Part shown: one piece after another, positions 36,168 through 46,193 of the stretch | Numbering within the stretch: the first letter of the stretch is position 1 | How the letters are laid out: each line of letters opens with the position of its first letter | NCBI GenBank assembly: GCA_963812155.1 | Contig: CAWETW010000003.1 | Span: 64,001-128,000, forward strand | DNA: 64,000 nucleotides | Reading direction: 5' to 3' | DNA from: Vulcanimicrobiota bacterium | Lineage (GTDB): Bacteria > Vulcanimicrobiota > Vulcanimicrobiia > Vulcanimicrobiales > Vulcanimicrobiaceae | Notes under the pieces: generated by a model | The model's input: the letters and a program-made list of their open reading frames with translations, nothing else | Told to the model about the DNA's origin: nothing | Database searches by the model: none | Made by a program: the position numbers and the translations under genes

Positions 36168-37100
36168 TTATGTAGGCGGAAGGCTCGAGAGAAACGCAGC
36201 GATCGCGTTCGTCGTCGCTTGCGGTTGATCGTACATCGCAAAATGGCGCGAATGCTCGATGGAGACGATTCGCACGTTCGGCGCACCTTTGACGAGCTGG
36301 CCGTAGAAGGCTTGTTTGTCGGCGCTCGACGTCGCGCCGAAGCGCGGGTCGAAGCTCGCGTCAAACGGCGCGATCAAGAGAATGGGTACGGTGGCTTTCG
36401 CTAGATCGGGACGCAGATCGAGCAACAGGTCTTCTTGAAACCATCTTCCGCTGGCCGCAGGATCGCTCTTGCCGGACAGCGGCCCGATCGCGTCAATGTC
36501 GGACTGCGACGTCACGAGGTACGGAAGCGTTTTGGTGCGCTCGCTCTGCTCGAACTGCGCCGGAGTTTGCTTTGCCATCGCGTCAGCGACGCCGGCAGCC
36601 GTTGCCTTCACTTGCGCGGTAGACAGCATCACGTTGCCGGGATAAATGGGTAATCCGTCGAGCGCGATGACGGCGCGCAAGCGGTCGGGATGCTGCGTCG
36701 CGAGCATGAAGCCCATCGTCCCACCCAAACTATGTCCGATGACGACGGGTTTGACGATGTACTGCTTGTCGAGCAACGTCCAAAAATCGGCGGTCGTGGT
36801 CGCGAAGAGCGGTCCGTCAATCGGCGGCCGCCCGTCAAAGCCCGGAAGCGTTAACGCGTATACAGTGTATCGGGTCGCAAAGTGAAGTATTTGCCCGCTC
36901 CACTCCCACGGACCGCAGGTAAGGCCGGGAATGAAGACGAGCGCCTGCGCGCCGTTACCGTATCGGTCGACGTGCAGCGAACCGACGTCAAACGAGGCCG
37001 CGGGCGCCGGCAAGGGGGGCGGAACGGCCGCATTCGCGACCGCTGGATAGGTAAGCGTGAAAGCGACCGCGCACAGCGTGGCTCGAATCGTACGTTGCAT
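36168..37100 (-). CDS. Secreted alpha/beta hydrolase
   Basis: GHSLGG nucleophile elbow, SRHFAMYDQP; signal peptide. Confidence 0.9.
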   Translation of the reverse strand: MQRTIRATLCAVAFTLTYPAVANAAVPPPLPAPAASFDVGSLHVDRYGNGAQALVFIPGLTCGPWEWSGQILHFATRYTVYALTLPGFDGRPPIDGPLFATTTADFWTLLDKQYIVKPVVIGHSLGGTMGFMLATQHPDRLRAVIALDGLPIYPGNVMLSTAQVKATAAGVADAMAKQTPAQFEQSERTKTLPYLVTSQSDIDAIGPLSGKSDPAASGRWFQEDLLLDLRPDLAKATVPILLIAPFDASFDPRFGATSSADKQAFYGQLVKGAPNVRIVSIEHSRHFAMYDQPQATTNAIAAFLSSLPPT

Positions 37101-37164
37101 CGTGCACCGTTACGTCGGGCGCGCAGCGCGCCCCTCGGTGCGAGTTTATCGGATGCCGCGAAAT

Positions 37165-37192
37165 TGTCCGGATGCGGCCGGCTCGAACGTCT
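37165..37192 (+). promoter_or_regulatory. Candidate ECF42-type promoter
   Basis: TGTCCGGAT-N14-CGTCT upstream of yciI-ecf; resembles the TGTC.../CGTC motif of this ECF group. Confidence 0.55.
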
Positions 37193-37229
37193 AGCGGGCA
37201 GACACACACCACACCGAAGAGGAGAAGCT

Positions 37230-37568
37230 ATGAGTGAATATCTCTATATCTATCGCGGCGGCCGGCGCGGCCAGACGCCCGAAGAGTCGCAACAAATCAT
37301 GCAAAAGTGGCTGAACTGGATGAAGGATCTCACCGGTTCGGGCAACCTGAAAGATCCCGGCCAGCCGCTCGAGGAAGAGGGCAAGGTGGTCAACGGTAAA
37401 GGCGCCATCACCGACGGTCCGTACGCCGAGGCGAAGGATTTGGTCGGTGGCTTTACGCTCGTCGAAGCCGAGAGTCTGCAACGCGCCGCGCAGTTGGCCG
37501 GCGGATGTCCGATTCTCGACGTCGGCGGCAGCGTGGAGATCCGGCCGATCATGAAGATGGACATGTGA
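37230..37568 (+). CDS. YciI/DGPF family protein
   Basis: ITDGPYAEAKDLVGGF, CP...GGSVEIRP; GAGGAG RBS. Confidence 0.9.
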   Translation: MSEYLYIYRGGRRGQTPEESQQIMQKWLNWMKDLTGSGNLKDPGQPLEEEGKVVNGKGAITDGPYAEAKDLVGGFTLVEAESLQRAAQLAGGCPILDVGGSVEIRPIMKMDM

Positions 37569-38833
37569 CGAACGACCCGAGCGACCATCTCTTCCGCCAC
37601 GAGGCGGGGCGCATGGTCGCCGTCCTCACTCGGCTGTTCGGTCTTCACAACCTGGCATTGGCAGAAGACGTCGTGCAAGACGCCTTCTGCCGCGCCTTAG
37701 AAGTCTGGAAACTGCGCGGCGTTCCCGACAATCCGTCTGCATGGCTGATGAAAACGGCCAAAAATCGCGCGCTCGACGTGCTTCGGCGGGAGCGAACCGC
37801 GCGCACGTTCGCACCCGATCTCGGCCGTTTGCTCCACACCGAGTGGACAGTTGCCAATGCCGTCGAGGAAGTCTTCGACGCAACCGGCATCCCTGACGAC
37901 CGGCTGCGGATGATGTTCTCGTGCTGCCATCCGCGCCTTGCGGAAGCTGCGCAGACGATGCTCGTGCTGCAGCTCGTTGCGGGCTTCGGCGCGCGCGAGA
38001 TCGCGCAAGCATTCGTCAGCACGCACGCCGCCGTCGAAAAGCGTCTCACCCGTGCGAAAAGGACGCTCGCCGACTCGAGCGCGCTCTTCGATATCGCCGA
38101 CGCCGCCGATTTCGCGCAGCGCCTGCCCGCAGTCCAGCGCGCACTCTATTTGATCTTCAGCGAGGGTTACCACGGCGCATCCGCCGAGGCCGTCGTTCGC
38201 AGCGATCTCTGTCGCGAAGCGATCCGCCTCGCGCGCCTGCTGGCGGAGCATCCGCTCGGCGACACACCGTCGACCCGGGCGCTGTGCGCCTCGATGTATC
38301 TCAACGGTGCGCGTCTTGCGGCGCGTCTCGACGCGTCCGGAGCGCTCAGTCCCTTATACGAACAAGACCGGTCGCAGTGGAATCGCGCCATGATCGCGGC
38401 GGGACGCGAGTGGCTGGAGCGTTCGGCAACGGGAACCGCCGTGAGCCGGTATCACGTCGAGGCCGCGATCGCGTCGGAGCACGCATCGGCGCTTTCGTTC
38501 GAGGCCACCGATTGGCGGCAGATCGTTTCGCTCTACGACACGCTGATGCGGATTGCGCCTTCCCCGATCGTCGCGCTCAATCGCGCCATCGCCGTCGCGC
38601 AACTGGAAGGCCCTCAGCGCGGCCTCGAAGCTGTTGCGGCAATCGGCGATCGCGAGCGGCTCGAGCGATATCCGTTCTATCACGCGGCGCTCGGCGAACT
38701 GGAGCACCGGCGCGGGCGTTCGGACGTCGCGCGCGAGCACTTCACGCAGGCGGGCGCGCTGGCGCGCAACCACGCGGAGCGGCATTTTTTCGAGGGCCGC
38801 GTTGCCGCCTGCGCCGGTCTGTCAGCGTCGTGA
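37565..38833 (+). CDS. ECF42-like sigma-70 factor with C-terminal TPR extension
   Basis: AEDVVQDAF, RLRMMFSCCHP, YLIFSEGY, EQDRSQW, SPIVALNRAIA. Confidence 0.9.
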   Translation: MTNDPSDHLFRHEAGRMVAVLTRLFGLHNLALAEDVVQDAFCRALEVWKLRGVPDNPSAWLMKTAKNRALDVLRRERTARTFAPDLGRLLHTEWTVANAVEEVFDATGIPDDRLRMMFSCCHPRLAEAAQTMLVLQLVAGFGAREIAQAFVSTHAAVEKRLTRAKRTLADSSALFDIADAADFAQRLPAVQRALYLIFSEGYHGASAEAVVRSDLCREAIRLARLLAEHPLGDTPSTRALCASMYLNGARLAARLDASGALSPLYEQDRSQWNRAMIAAGREWLERSATGTAVSRYHVEAAIASEHASALSFEATDWRQIVSLYDTLMRIAPSPIVALNRAIAVAQLEGPQRGLEAVAAIGDRERLERYPFYHAALGELEHRRGRSDVAREHFTQAGALARNHAERHFFEGRVAACAGLSAS

Positions 38834-41083
38834 CGCGGAATCGCGTTCGAGTATGCGCGCCATTACGCCCGGCGGCGCGGCATCGGGTCGCGAGAAATCG
38901 ATGCGGGCGCTGAGCGCGGCGCCGTAGGCAACCTTGCCGTTGCGCCGCGTCACGTCGATGTTCGGCGGGAGTGCCGCATAGGGACGGAGATCGGGCGTAG
39001 CGCGGAAGGCTGCGTCCATCGGCACGGCCGTCGCATCGTAGAGCGAGAGCGGCTGCATGCCGAGGACGGTCTCGATCGTGCGCAAAATGCTCAGCGTCGA
39101 GTAGTGCTCGTGGCGAACGCCGCCGCGCGCGTACGGCGAAACGACCAGCATCGCCGTGCGCTGATCGCTGACGTGATCGGGACCGTCCTGCGAATCGTCC
39201 TCGATGACGAACATTGCCGACGATTTCCAGATCTGTGAGTGCGAGAGTGCGTCGATCATCTGTCCGAGCGCTTCGTCGTTGATCGCGACGTACGACTCCG
39301 GAGTGAGTTTCCCGGGCCTTGCGCCGTAGGTGTGATCGCCCGGCAGCCAGATGAACTCGAGTTGCGGCAGGTTCCCGGCTGCGAGGCGGGCTGCCAGATC
39401 ACGCCGCCATTCCTTTGCGCGTTCGAGATCGCTAACGTCGAGATTCCATCCGCCGTAGAAGCTGTCGATGCGGCCGGTCAGACTCGGCACGGCGGCCATC
39501 CAGCGGCCGGGATGTGATTTGTCTGGATTGGCGAGTTCACCGTAGTCGCGAAACGTCACGTGCGCGCGGCGCGCCGAATCCCAAAGATAACCGCCGGCCG
39601 GTACGCTGGGACTGCGGCCGCTGGTGATGTCGTCGATCGTGTAGCGTCCGGCATAGAGCGGCGGCCAAAACCGCTCGACGTAGTCGTCGGCAAACGCGGC
39701 GTCCGACCACATGTGGCCCGGCACGCTCACTTCGCCGCTCGTATACGCGTTGTCGAACAATCCGAAGCGTCGAACGAGCGCGTGTGCGTTCGGCGTGACG
39801 TTACGGCCGAACCGCGCCAACGACGCAGCGCCGTTACCCCCCGGTGCGTCGCCGAGCACTTGGTCGTACGTGCGATTCTCCCGGAGGACGAAAAAGACGT
39901 GCGTGATCGGGCCGTGCGCGCGCACGACCGGATGCGAAGCCGCAGCGTGCCAACCGGTCGCGCCCGGCGGATTTCCGCCCGGCATCGCGGCAGCGTCCGC
40001 AGGCAGCGGGTACGATCGAAGCGAGCCGAATTCGATCGCTCCGATGTAATCGCGATCGCCGCCGCGATAGAGCGGATTCGGTCGCGATCCCTCGCCTTTT
40101 CCGTCGAGAACGTAGAGCGTGCCACCGATCGCGAGCGCGGCAGTCGGATACCAGCCGGCCGGCATGCGCCCGGCCAAGCGATCGTCGCGAATGACGGCAA
40201 CCGAGTTTGCCGCGCCGAGGCTGACGAGAATGCCGGCCGGACCGACGCTGACGTCGTTCGGCGAGGAGCCGATGGCGCCCGCGGGGCCGCTTCCGACGCC
40301 GACGCTTGCGACCGCATGCAGATCGGAGGCGTCGTAAATGCCGACGCTGTCGGCATCGCTCTGCGCCACGTAAACGTTCCCGCTCGCGACGGCGAGCGCG
40401 CCGGGATGGAGTCCGGTTTTCCTGCGCGTGGTCGCGCCGGTCGCGACGACGATCCTTACGAGTTGGCTCGTCGCGCGCGAGGTTGCGAAGAGCGACGTAT
40501 CGCCCGCGCCGAACGCAAGGCCGCCCGGCTGCCCGCCGATTGCGATGCGGTGCGCCGCTCCGACGTTCGCGAGCGTTCCGATCCGTACCGCGCCGTCGCC
40601 GTCGGTTGCGACGGCAATCGTCGAACCATTCGCTGCGGCCGCAACGAGAATCGGATACGAGTGTGCCGGCATCGCAATGCGGTCGACGCGATGCGACGCG
40701 ACGTCGACCTCGAGCAGCGCGTCTGCGTTCGCGCCCGCAACCAGCACGCGATTGCCGTCGAGCCACACCGGTCGCCCGAAGGCGCCCGGTAGCGAGATGG
40801 AAACGATACGCGTGAGATCGGGCACGCGATACAGCGTAAGCGCCGGCGGATTATATCCGCCCTCGACGACGGCGATCGACGTGCCGTCGGGCGACGCCGC
40901 CATGCCTTGCGGCATCGTTCCGGTTTGCACCGCCGATGCGATTGGCCGCGCTATCGTCCAGCCGTTGGGGAGCACGATCGGAGCCAAGCCGGTTTGCGCG
41001 AGCGCAGCACCGGCGACCAGCGCCGCCGTGACGCACACGAACGAGCCCGTTCGGAACGCGCGCCGCGCACGCTTGCCGGTCAT
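38822..41083 (-). CDS. Secreted YncE beta-propeller/phosphoesterase fusion
   Basis: N-terminal propeller; RENRTYDQVLGD, IEDDSQDGPDHV, VVSPYA. Confidence 0.88.
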   Translation of the reverse strand: MTGKRARRAFRTGSFVCVTAALVAGAALAQTGLAPIVLPNGWTIARPIASAVQTGTMPQGMAASPDGTSIAVVEGGYNPPALTLYRVPDLTRIVSISLPGAFGRPVWLDGNRVLVAGANADALLEVDVASHRVDRIAMPAHSYPILVAAAANGSTIAVATDGDGAVRIGTLANVGAAHRIAIGGQPGGLAFGAGDTSLFATSRATSQLVRIVVATGATTRRKTGLHPGALAVASGNVYVAQSDADSVGIYDASDLHAVASVGVGSGPAGAIGSSPNDVSVGPAGILVSLGAANSVAVIRDDRLAGRMPAGWYPTAALAIGGTLYVLDGKGEGSRPNPLYRGGDRDYIGAIEFGSLRSYPLPADAAAMPGGNPPGATGWHAAASHPVVRAHGPITHVFFVLRENRTYDQVLGDAPGGNGAASLARFGRNVTPNAHALVRRFGLFDNAYTSGEVSVPGHMWSDAAFADDYVERFWPPLYAGRYTIDDITSGRSPSVPAGGYLWDSARRAHVTFRDYGELANPDKSHPGRWMAAVPSLTGRIDSFYGGWNLDVSDLERAKEWRRDLAARLAAGNLPQLEFIWLPGDHTYGARPGKLTPESYVAINDEALGQMIDALSHSQIWKSSAMFVIEDDSQDGPDHVSDQRTAMLVVSPYARGGVRHEHYSTLSILRTIETVLGMQPLSLYDATAVPMDAAFRATPDLRPYAALPPNIDVTRRNGKVAYGAALSARIDFSRPDAAPPGVMARILERDSASRR

Positions 41084-41562
41084 CACTCCTCGCCGTCGAA
41101 GTAATCGAGCGATTCGGAGCGCATAATTCGCCGTTGCGGCGATCGCACGAGCCATTTTTCGCTGTCGGGATAGTGGCACGATTCGCCGATCGGGTTATCG
41201 GCTACGCAGTAAAAGACCAGATCGTCCGCGCCGTCGTTCACGATTTGGTGCGCCTGACCCGGTTTGAAAAGAAACGCATCGCCGGCTTCGATCGCGGTGA
41301 CGCCGTCGTCGTGACGCACGGAGCCCGTTCCCGAGACGACGTGGTAAAACTCCCACTGGGCGCTGTGCGAGTGATACGGATACGGCACCTTTCCGGGGGG
41401 AACGCGTGCGAGCTCGACGTCGAACGGATGGCGCTGCTCGAGATCGGTCGACGTTGGATCGCGCCCGAGTGCGACGGAAATTTCGAGGCCCTCGCCTGCC
41501 ATCGTTCCCTTCGGCGACGACCACCGCTCGGGCGTCATCTCGTTGGTGTTAACCTTGCGCAT
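41083..41562 (-). CDS. Cupin domain protein
   Basis: PYHSHSAQWEFY, PGQAHQIVN, YPDSEK, LDYFDGEE. Confidence 0.9.
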   Translation of the reverse strand: MRKVNTNEMTPERWSSPKGTMAGEGLEISVALGRDPTSTDLEQRHPFDVELARVPPGKVPYPYHSHSAQWEFYHVVSGTGSVRHDDGVTAIEAGDAFLFKPGQAHQIVNDGADDLVFYCVADNPIGESCHYPDSEKWLVRSPQRRIMRSESLDYFDGEE

Positions 41563-42061
41563 TCCCTGATTGTGCGCGCGGCAAGCGCAAAGTCCTGTGC
41601 ACGACGAGCGCGACCGGCAGTCCGAAGAATATCGTGTGAGCTACGAGCGTATCGAGCAGTGAGATCGGATTGGTCGAAGCGCGTGCGGCGTGTCCCAGGG
41701 GGACGACGAGAAAGAGCATCACGCCCATGACGACGGCACCGAAGATGAGCCCGGCGATCGCGGGCGATCGCCGCACCGCCGGCACGTTTGCATACAGCAG
41801 CGTGAAGGCGGCGGCCCAGCACCACGAGACGATGAAATCGAAGAACAGTCCCAGGGCCGCGGCCGCCAGGCCGTGCGCGTACGCCCACGCGCCGGTGATA
41901 TTCGCCGCATCCCACTGGAAGAGCAGCAGCGGCGAGCGTTTGAAGAAGACCGGGAGCGCGACCGACAGGTAGAGGCTGATCGCGACGTTGCCGGCGATGC
42001 CGGCGAGGAGAACGGCGCGAACGGGGGCGGTTCGATCGGCGATGCGGAATGCCGATGCCAT
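41549..42061 (-). CDS. Hypothetical 4-TM membrane protein
   Basis: Four hydrophobic segments, AHTIFFGLPVA. Confidence 0.7.
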   Translation of the reverse strand: MASAFRIADRTAPVRAVLLAGIAGNVAISLYLSVALPVFFKRSPLLLFQWDAANITGAWAYAHGLAAAALGLFFDFIVSWCWAAAFTLLYANVPAVRRSPAIAGLIFGAVVMGVMLFLVVPLGHAARASTNPISLLDTLVAHTIFFGLPVALVVHRTLRLPRAQSGNAQG

Positions 42062-42092
42062 CGTGGAACGCAACGAAGACCGAAGCCGCAAC

Positions 42093-42917
42093 GTGACGGG
42101 CGTTCTCATGTGTCCGCCGGATTTTTTCACCGTGCGAGACGTCAAGAATCCGTTCATGCGCGTCGACGCGATCGTCGATCGCGACGCAGCGGCGCGTCAG
42201 TGGAAGGCGCTTGCCGATACGTTCGCGCGCTTAGGCGTGACGCCGCACGCCGTCGAGCCGGCGGCCGATCTCGAAGACATGGTCTTCGCCGCCAACCAAG
42301 CATTCATCGGAGCGGGAAAATTGCACGCGCGGTTCGCCGTACCGAGCCGCATGCGGTACGCGTCGCGGCAGCGCGAGGTTCCGCACTACGTCGCATGGCT
42401 CGCGCGCAACGGCTTCGCCATTCTCGACGCCGGACTCGGCGGCGAGTTCCTCGAGGGCCACGGCGATCTGCTGGCGCATCCCAAGCGTAATCTCGTGTGG
42501 GCCGGGCATGGCTTTCGTTCCTCGGAAGAAGGCGTGGCGCGGTTCGCGCGCGCCGTTGACGCCGAAGGCCTCACCGTCGCGCCGCTGCAGCTCGTCGACG
42601 AGGTCTTCTATCACCTCGATACGTGCTTCGCACCGTTGAGCGAAGATGCGGCAATCGTGTATCCCGGTGCGCTGTCTGCCGCGTCGCTCGATGCGTTGCG
42701 CCGTGGATGGACGCGGTTGCACGAGATTAGCCGCGACGACGCGCTGCGGTTCGTATGCAACGGCGTTGCCGTCAACGGACGTTTCATCGTTTCTCACCTG
42801 ACGCCGGCGCTGAAGCGCATTCTCGATCGCGAGGAGCTCACTGCGGAGATCGTCGACGTCTCCGAATTCGAAAAAGCCGGCGGCAGCGTCTTCTGCCTCA
42901 AAGTGCTGCTGCCCTAA
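42093..42917 (+). CDS. Amidinotransferase-superfamily hydrolase (arginine dihydrolase/citrullinase-like)
   Basis: LMCPPDFF, DMVFAAN, FLEGHGD, FYHLDTCF, EFEKAGGSVFCL. Confidence 0.85.
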   Translation: MTGVLMCPPDFFTVRDVKNPFMRVDAIVDRDAAARQWKALADTFARLGVTPHAVEPAADLEDMVFAANQAFIGAGKLHARFAVPSRMRYASRQREVPHYVAWLARNGFAILDAGLGGEFLEGHGDLLAHPKRNLVWAGHGFRSSEEGVARFARAVDAEGLTVAPLQLVDEVFYHLDTCFAPLSEDAAIVYPGALSAASLDALRRGWTRLHEISRDDALRFVCNGVAVNGRFIVSHLTPALKRILDREELTAEIVDVSEFEKAGGSVFCLKVLLP

Positions 42918-42948
42918 CTCCCGTGCCGTGCGCCGTAGTCGAAGGGCG

Positions 42949-43722
42949 TTAGAAGCGCAGCGAGAGGCAGCTGAGGCCGCCGTCCATCTTACGGAACTCC
43001 GAAACGTCGAGCGCGACGCTCGCGTACCCCGCTCCGGCGAGCGCCGCGCGAAGATGCGGATAGCCGGCGGCCACGAGGACGACGTCGTTCACGCGGACGC
43101 AATTCGCGGCGTACTCTTCACCGGGAGCGACGATCGTTACGCACGCCGGCGGCTCCCGCAGCAGCGGCGCGACTGCGGCCGTTGCGACGAAGCGTCCGTC
43201 GCCGAGATACGACATCGCACTCTTGAGATGCAGCGCATCGGCAACGTCGCGCACGTCGACGAGCACCGGCGTCTTTCCGGCGCGCCGCGCGATGGCGGCA
43301 AGTTGTGCGGCGCCGTCGCGGTTCGTGCGCTGGGAGATGCCGATGAAGATCCGCTCTCCGGCGTCGCACACGTCGCCTCCGTCGAGCGTTCCCGGCGCCG
43401 TGATTTCCTCGATTTCGCGAAAGTGCAGCCCGAGCGCGGGCCGAATGCTCCGCGGCTCGTCACGCCGCGCCGCCGCCCCGGGTCGCGCGAGCACCGCCGT
43501 CGTTCCGACGACCACCGCCGCGTCTTCGACGAAGTGCGCGTCGGGATGGCGCAGATCGGGATCGAGAACGGTCACGGCGGCGCCCGAGTGCCGCAGCGCG
43601 TCGCAGTAGGCCGCGTGTTGCCGGCACGCGCCGGCGTAGACCGGCGTGCCGAGTGAGGCGCTCGTGATGCCGTCGCCGAGATCGGGCGACGGCAATCGAA
43701 CGATTGCATGCGCGACGCGCAT
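42949..43722 (-). CDS. Dimethylarginine dimethylaminohydrolase-like protein
   Basis: PDAHFVED, LDGGD, RTN, LHLKS, EFRKMDGGLSCLSLRF. Confidence 0.9.
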   Translation of the reverse strand: MRVAHAIVRLPSPDLGDGITSASLGTPVYAGACRQHAAYCDALRHSGAAVTVLDPDLRHPDAHFVEDAAVVVGTTAVLARPGAAARRDEPRSIRPALGLHFREIEEITAPGTLDGGDVCDAGERIFIGISQRTNRDGAAQLAAIARRAGKTPVLVDVRDVADALHLKSAMSYLGDGRFVATAAVAPLLREPPACVTIVAPGEEYAANCVRVNDVVLVAAGYPHLRAALAGAGYASVALDVSEFRKMDGGLSCLSLRF

Positions 43723-43725
43723 TTG

Positions 43726-44967
43726 CTAGACGGCTTCGGCGGCGACGCGGGTGCGACGCATGGCGGCGCCGGCCAACAGCGCCGGCACGATACCGGCGAT
43801 CGAAAGCACCCCGAGCGCGCGCCACGCGAACGGATATCCGTGCGTATCGACCAGGGCGCCGAAGAGCGTTGGTGCGGCGAAGGCTGCGAAGAAAACCCAC
43901 GTCAGCGCGGCGCCGAGCGCGCTGCCGGCGTGTTCCTCGCCGCCGATCTCCGCAAACGCGATCGCCGCAACGCCGAACCAGCCTTCGGCCGCGAAACCGA
44001 GCGCGCCCGCAACGGCCGCCACGACCCAGAGCGGCGCCGCCGGCGAGAGAAGCGACGTTGCGTACGCCAGCAGCGCGGTGAGGACGCAGACGACCGCCAG
44101 CGGCTGCGCGCGGCGTCCGCCGAACACCCGGTCGCTGATGACGCCCCACGACACCCGGCCGGCAACGGCGCAAACTTGCGAGAACGTAAAGATACCGACC
44201 GCGATGCCGATCGAGAACTGGGCTTCGTGCACGATCGTCAGCGTCAGGAACGCCAGCAGCACCATTTGCACGCTGACGAGCGCCATCGACGCCAAGGTCA
44301 TCAGCACCAGACGAACGTCGCGCGAAACGTGCACCATTTCGGCGAACATGGCACGCAGGGAGACGTGTTCGCCGCGAAGTGCGGCGGGCTCGCGATAGAG
44401 CATTGCCGCAATCGAGCAGGCGGCAATCGTGACGATTCCCGCCACCACGAGCGCCCATTGATAGTTGAAGCGTATCGCAACGATCGGCAGAATCGCCGAG
44501 CCGATCACGCCGGCAATCGGTACGCCGCACTGCCGGACGCCCATCGCAAAGCCGCGATCTTCCTTTTTGAAAAAATAGACGATGGCGTGGCTGCCGGCGG
44601 GCGTTACCGACGCATAACCGATACCGTACAGCGCCAGCCAGCAGAAGAGCCAGCGTGCATCGCGCACCGCCGCCGCTGCCAGAAGTGCCGCTCCCATCAG
44701 CCAGCCGCTCCAGAACACGACGGCCTTATCGCCGAAACGATCGGTCAGCGCGCCGGAGGCTGCGGTCGCCAGCATCGAACCGATCATTTGAACGGAAAGA
44801 ACCAATCCGAGTTGCGACGGCGGCAGCGAAAGCGCGGTCTCGATGAACGGCACGAGCGTGCCGGTGGAAACGACGAACAGCGACGCTGCGATCATTGCGC
44901 CGGCGAAGAGTGCGAGTACTTCGTAGCGCGATTCGGGGAGCGCTTTGGACGATCGTTCGCCGTGCAT
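43726..44967 (-). CDS. MFS transporter
   Basis: GALTDRFG, RGFAMGVRQCGVP, WGVISDR; co-oriented upstream of DDAH. Confidence 0.9.
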   Translation of the reverse strand: MHGERSSKALPESRYEVLALFAGAMIAASLFVVSTGTLVPFIETALSLPPSQLGLVLSVQMIGSMLATAASGALTDRFGDKAVVFWSGWLMGAALLAAAAVRDARWLFCWLALYGIGYASVTPAGSHAIVYFFKKEDRGFAMGVRQCGVPIAGVIGSAILPIVAIRFNYQWALVVAGIVTIAACSIAAMLYREPAALRGEHVSLRAMFAEMVHVSRDVRLVLMTLASMALVSVQMVLLAFLTLTIVHEAQFSIGIAVGIFTFSQVCAVAGRVSWGVISDRVFGGRRAQPLAVVCVLTALLAYATSLLSPAAPLWVVAAVAGALGFAAEGWFGVAAIAFAEIGGEEHAGSALGAALTWVFFAAFAAPTLFGALVDTHGYPFAWRALGVLSIAGIVPALLAGAAMRRTRVAAEAV

Positions 44968-45031
44968 TGCGCGTGCATTCGGTTTTGCGCGCGCAACCCC
45001 CGCATGCGCGCGCAGGGTTGGCGGCGAACCC

Positions 45032-45325
45032 GTGCAAGTGGAGGTCCATGGGTCCGGCCCTGCGTTGACCTCCTTCCAACGATACGCGATCATCTTCGCG
45101 CTCGCGGCGCCGGCGAGCGTCGTTACGTGGCTCGTCTTCCATGGCGTCTTTGCGAAATTCTCGGCGACGGAAACGGCGATGGGCTACGTCGACCCACTGA
45201 CGCAAATGGGCATCGACCTCGGTTACGTCGCCATGTTCGGCGGGACGCTCGTGTTTGCGTCGATCGCATTATGGGCTGCGGTACGCGCCGTCATCGCGCG
45301 TTCGCGCGACGACGAAGAGGCTTAG
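45032..45325 (+). CDS. Small hypothetical 2-TM protein
   Basis: Two hydrophobic segments, fills the gap before the lipid kinase. Confidence 0.55.
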   Translation: MQVEVHGSGPALTSFQRYAIIFALAAPASVVTWLVFHGVFAKFSATETAMGYVDPLTQMGIDLGYVAMFGGTLVFASIALWAAVRAVIARSRDDEEA

Positions 45326-45345
45326 GGAGCTCCGTCGGAACGATC

Positions 45346-46188
45346 GTGCGCATCCTGCTCGACGTGAACCGGCGATCGCGCAGCGGCCGCCGCACCGGCG
45401 CCGTCGCCGCGCGCCAACTGGCCGAGGCCGGCGTCGAGATCGTACCGCTCTCGGCGCGCCATCGGGCGAGCGCCGTCGCGCCCTGCGACGCGATCGTCGC
45501 AGTCGGCGGCGACGGCACGCTCGTACGATTGATTCCCTATGCGATGCGTTGGAACGTGCCCCTCGGCATGATTCCGAGCGGAACGTTCAACGAACTCGCG
45601 CATACGCTCGGCATCCCGGTCGACGTCGCCGAAGCGTGCCGCGTCGTTGCCGCCGGACACACGCGCGAGGTCGACGTGGGCTGCGTCAACGGTACGCACT
45701 ATCTCAGCGAGGCCAGCATCGGCATCTCGAGCCGCGCCGCACGTATGCAGACTGCCGAACTCAAACAGCGTTTCGGTTACGTCGGGATCGTGACGACGGC
45801 GCTGCGCGCGCTGTGGTTTTCGCGCCCGATGTTCGCCGAGGTCTCATACGACGATACGGTCGTCCGGTTCAAAACGGTGCAGTTGACGATCGCCAACAGC
45901 CACCGGTTCGGCGGCGTCTTCGCCGTCACCGACGCCGCGATCGACGACGGCTGGCTCGATCTCTTTTCGGTCGAAATCGAAACCTTTGCGCAGGCGTTCG
46001 ACGTTGCGCGGACGATTCTCCGCGGGCGAAGGCAGTCGGTGCCGGGGCTGCGCACGTTGCGGGCCAAGCGTTTCAGCGTCCGCCAGCATCGCCGGCACCA
46101 CGTGACCGCCGACGGCGAGCCAGCAGGCAAGACGCCCGCGACGTTTACCGTGATGCCGAAGGCCTTACGCGTTTTCGTGCCGGAGTAG
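45346..46188 (+). CDS. Diacylglycerol/lipid kinase family (YegS/BmrU)
   Basis: VGGDGTL, IPSGTFNELA, DDGWLD, TADGE. Confidence 0.9.
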   Translation: MRILLDVNRRSRSGRRTGAVAARQLAEAGVEIVPLSARHRASAVAPCDAIVAVGGDGTLVRLIPYAMRWNVPLGMIPSGTFNELAHTLGIPVDVAEACRVVAAGHTREVDVGCVNGTHYLSEASIGISSRAARMQTAELKQRFGYVGIVTTALRALWFSRPMFAEVSYDDTVVRFKTVQLTIANSHRFGGVFAVTDAAIDDGWLDLFSVEIETFAQAFDVARTILRGRRQSVPGLRTLRAKRFSVRQHRRHHVTADGEPAGKTPATFTVMPKALRVFVPE

Positions 46189-46193
46189 CGGCG

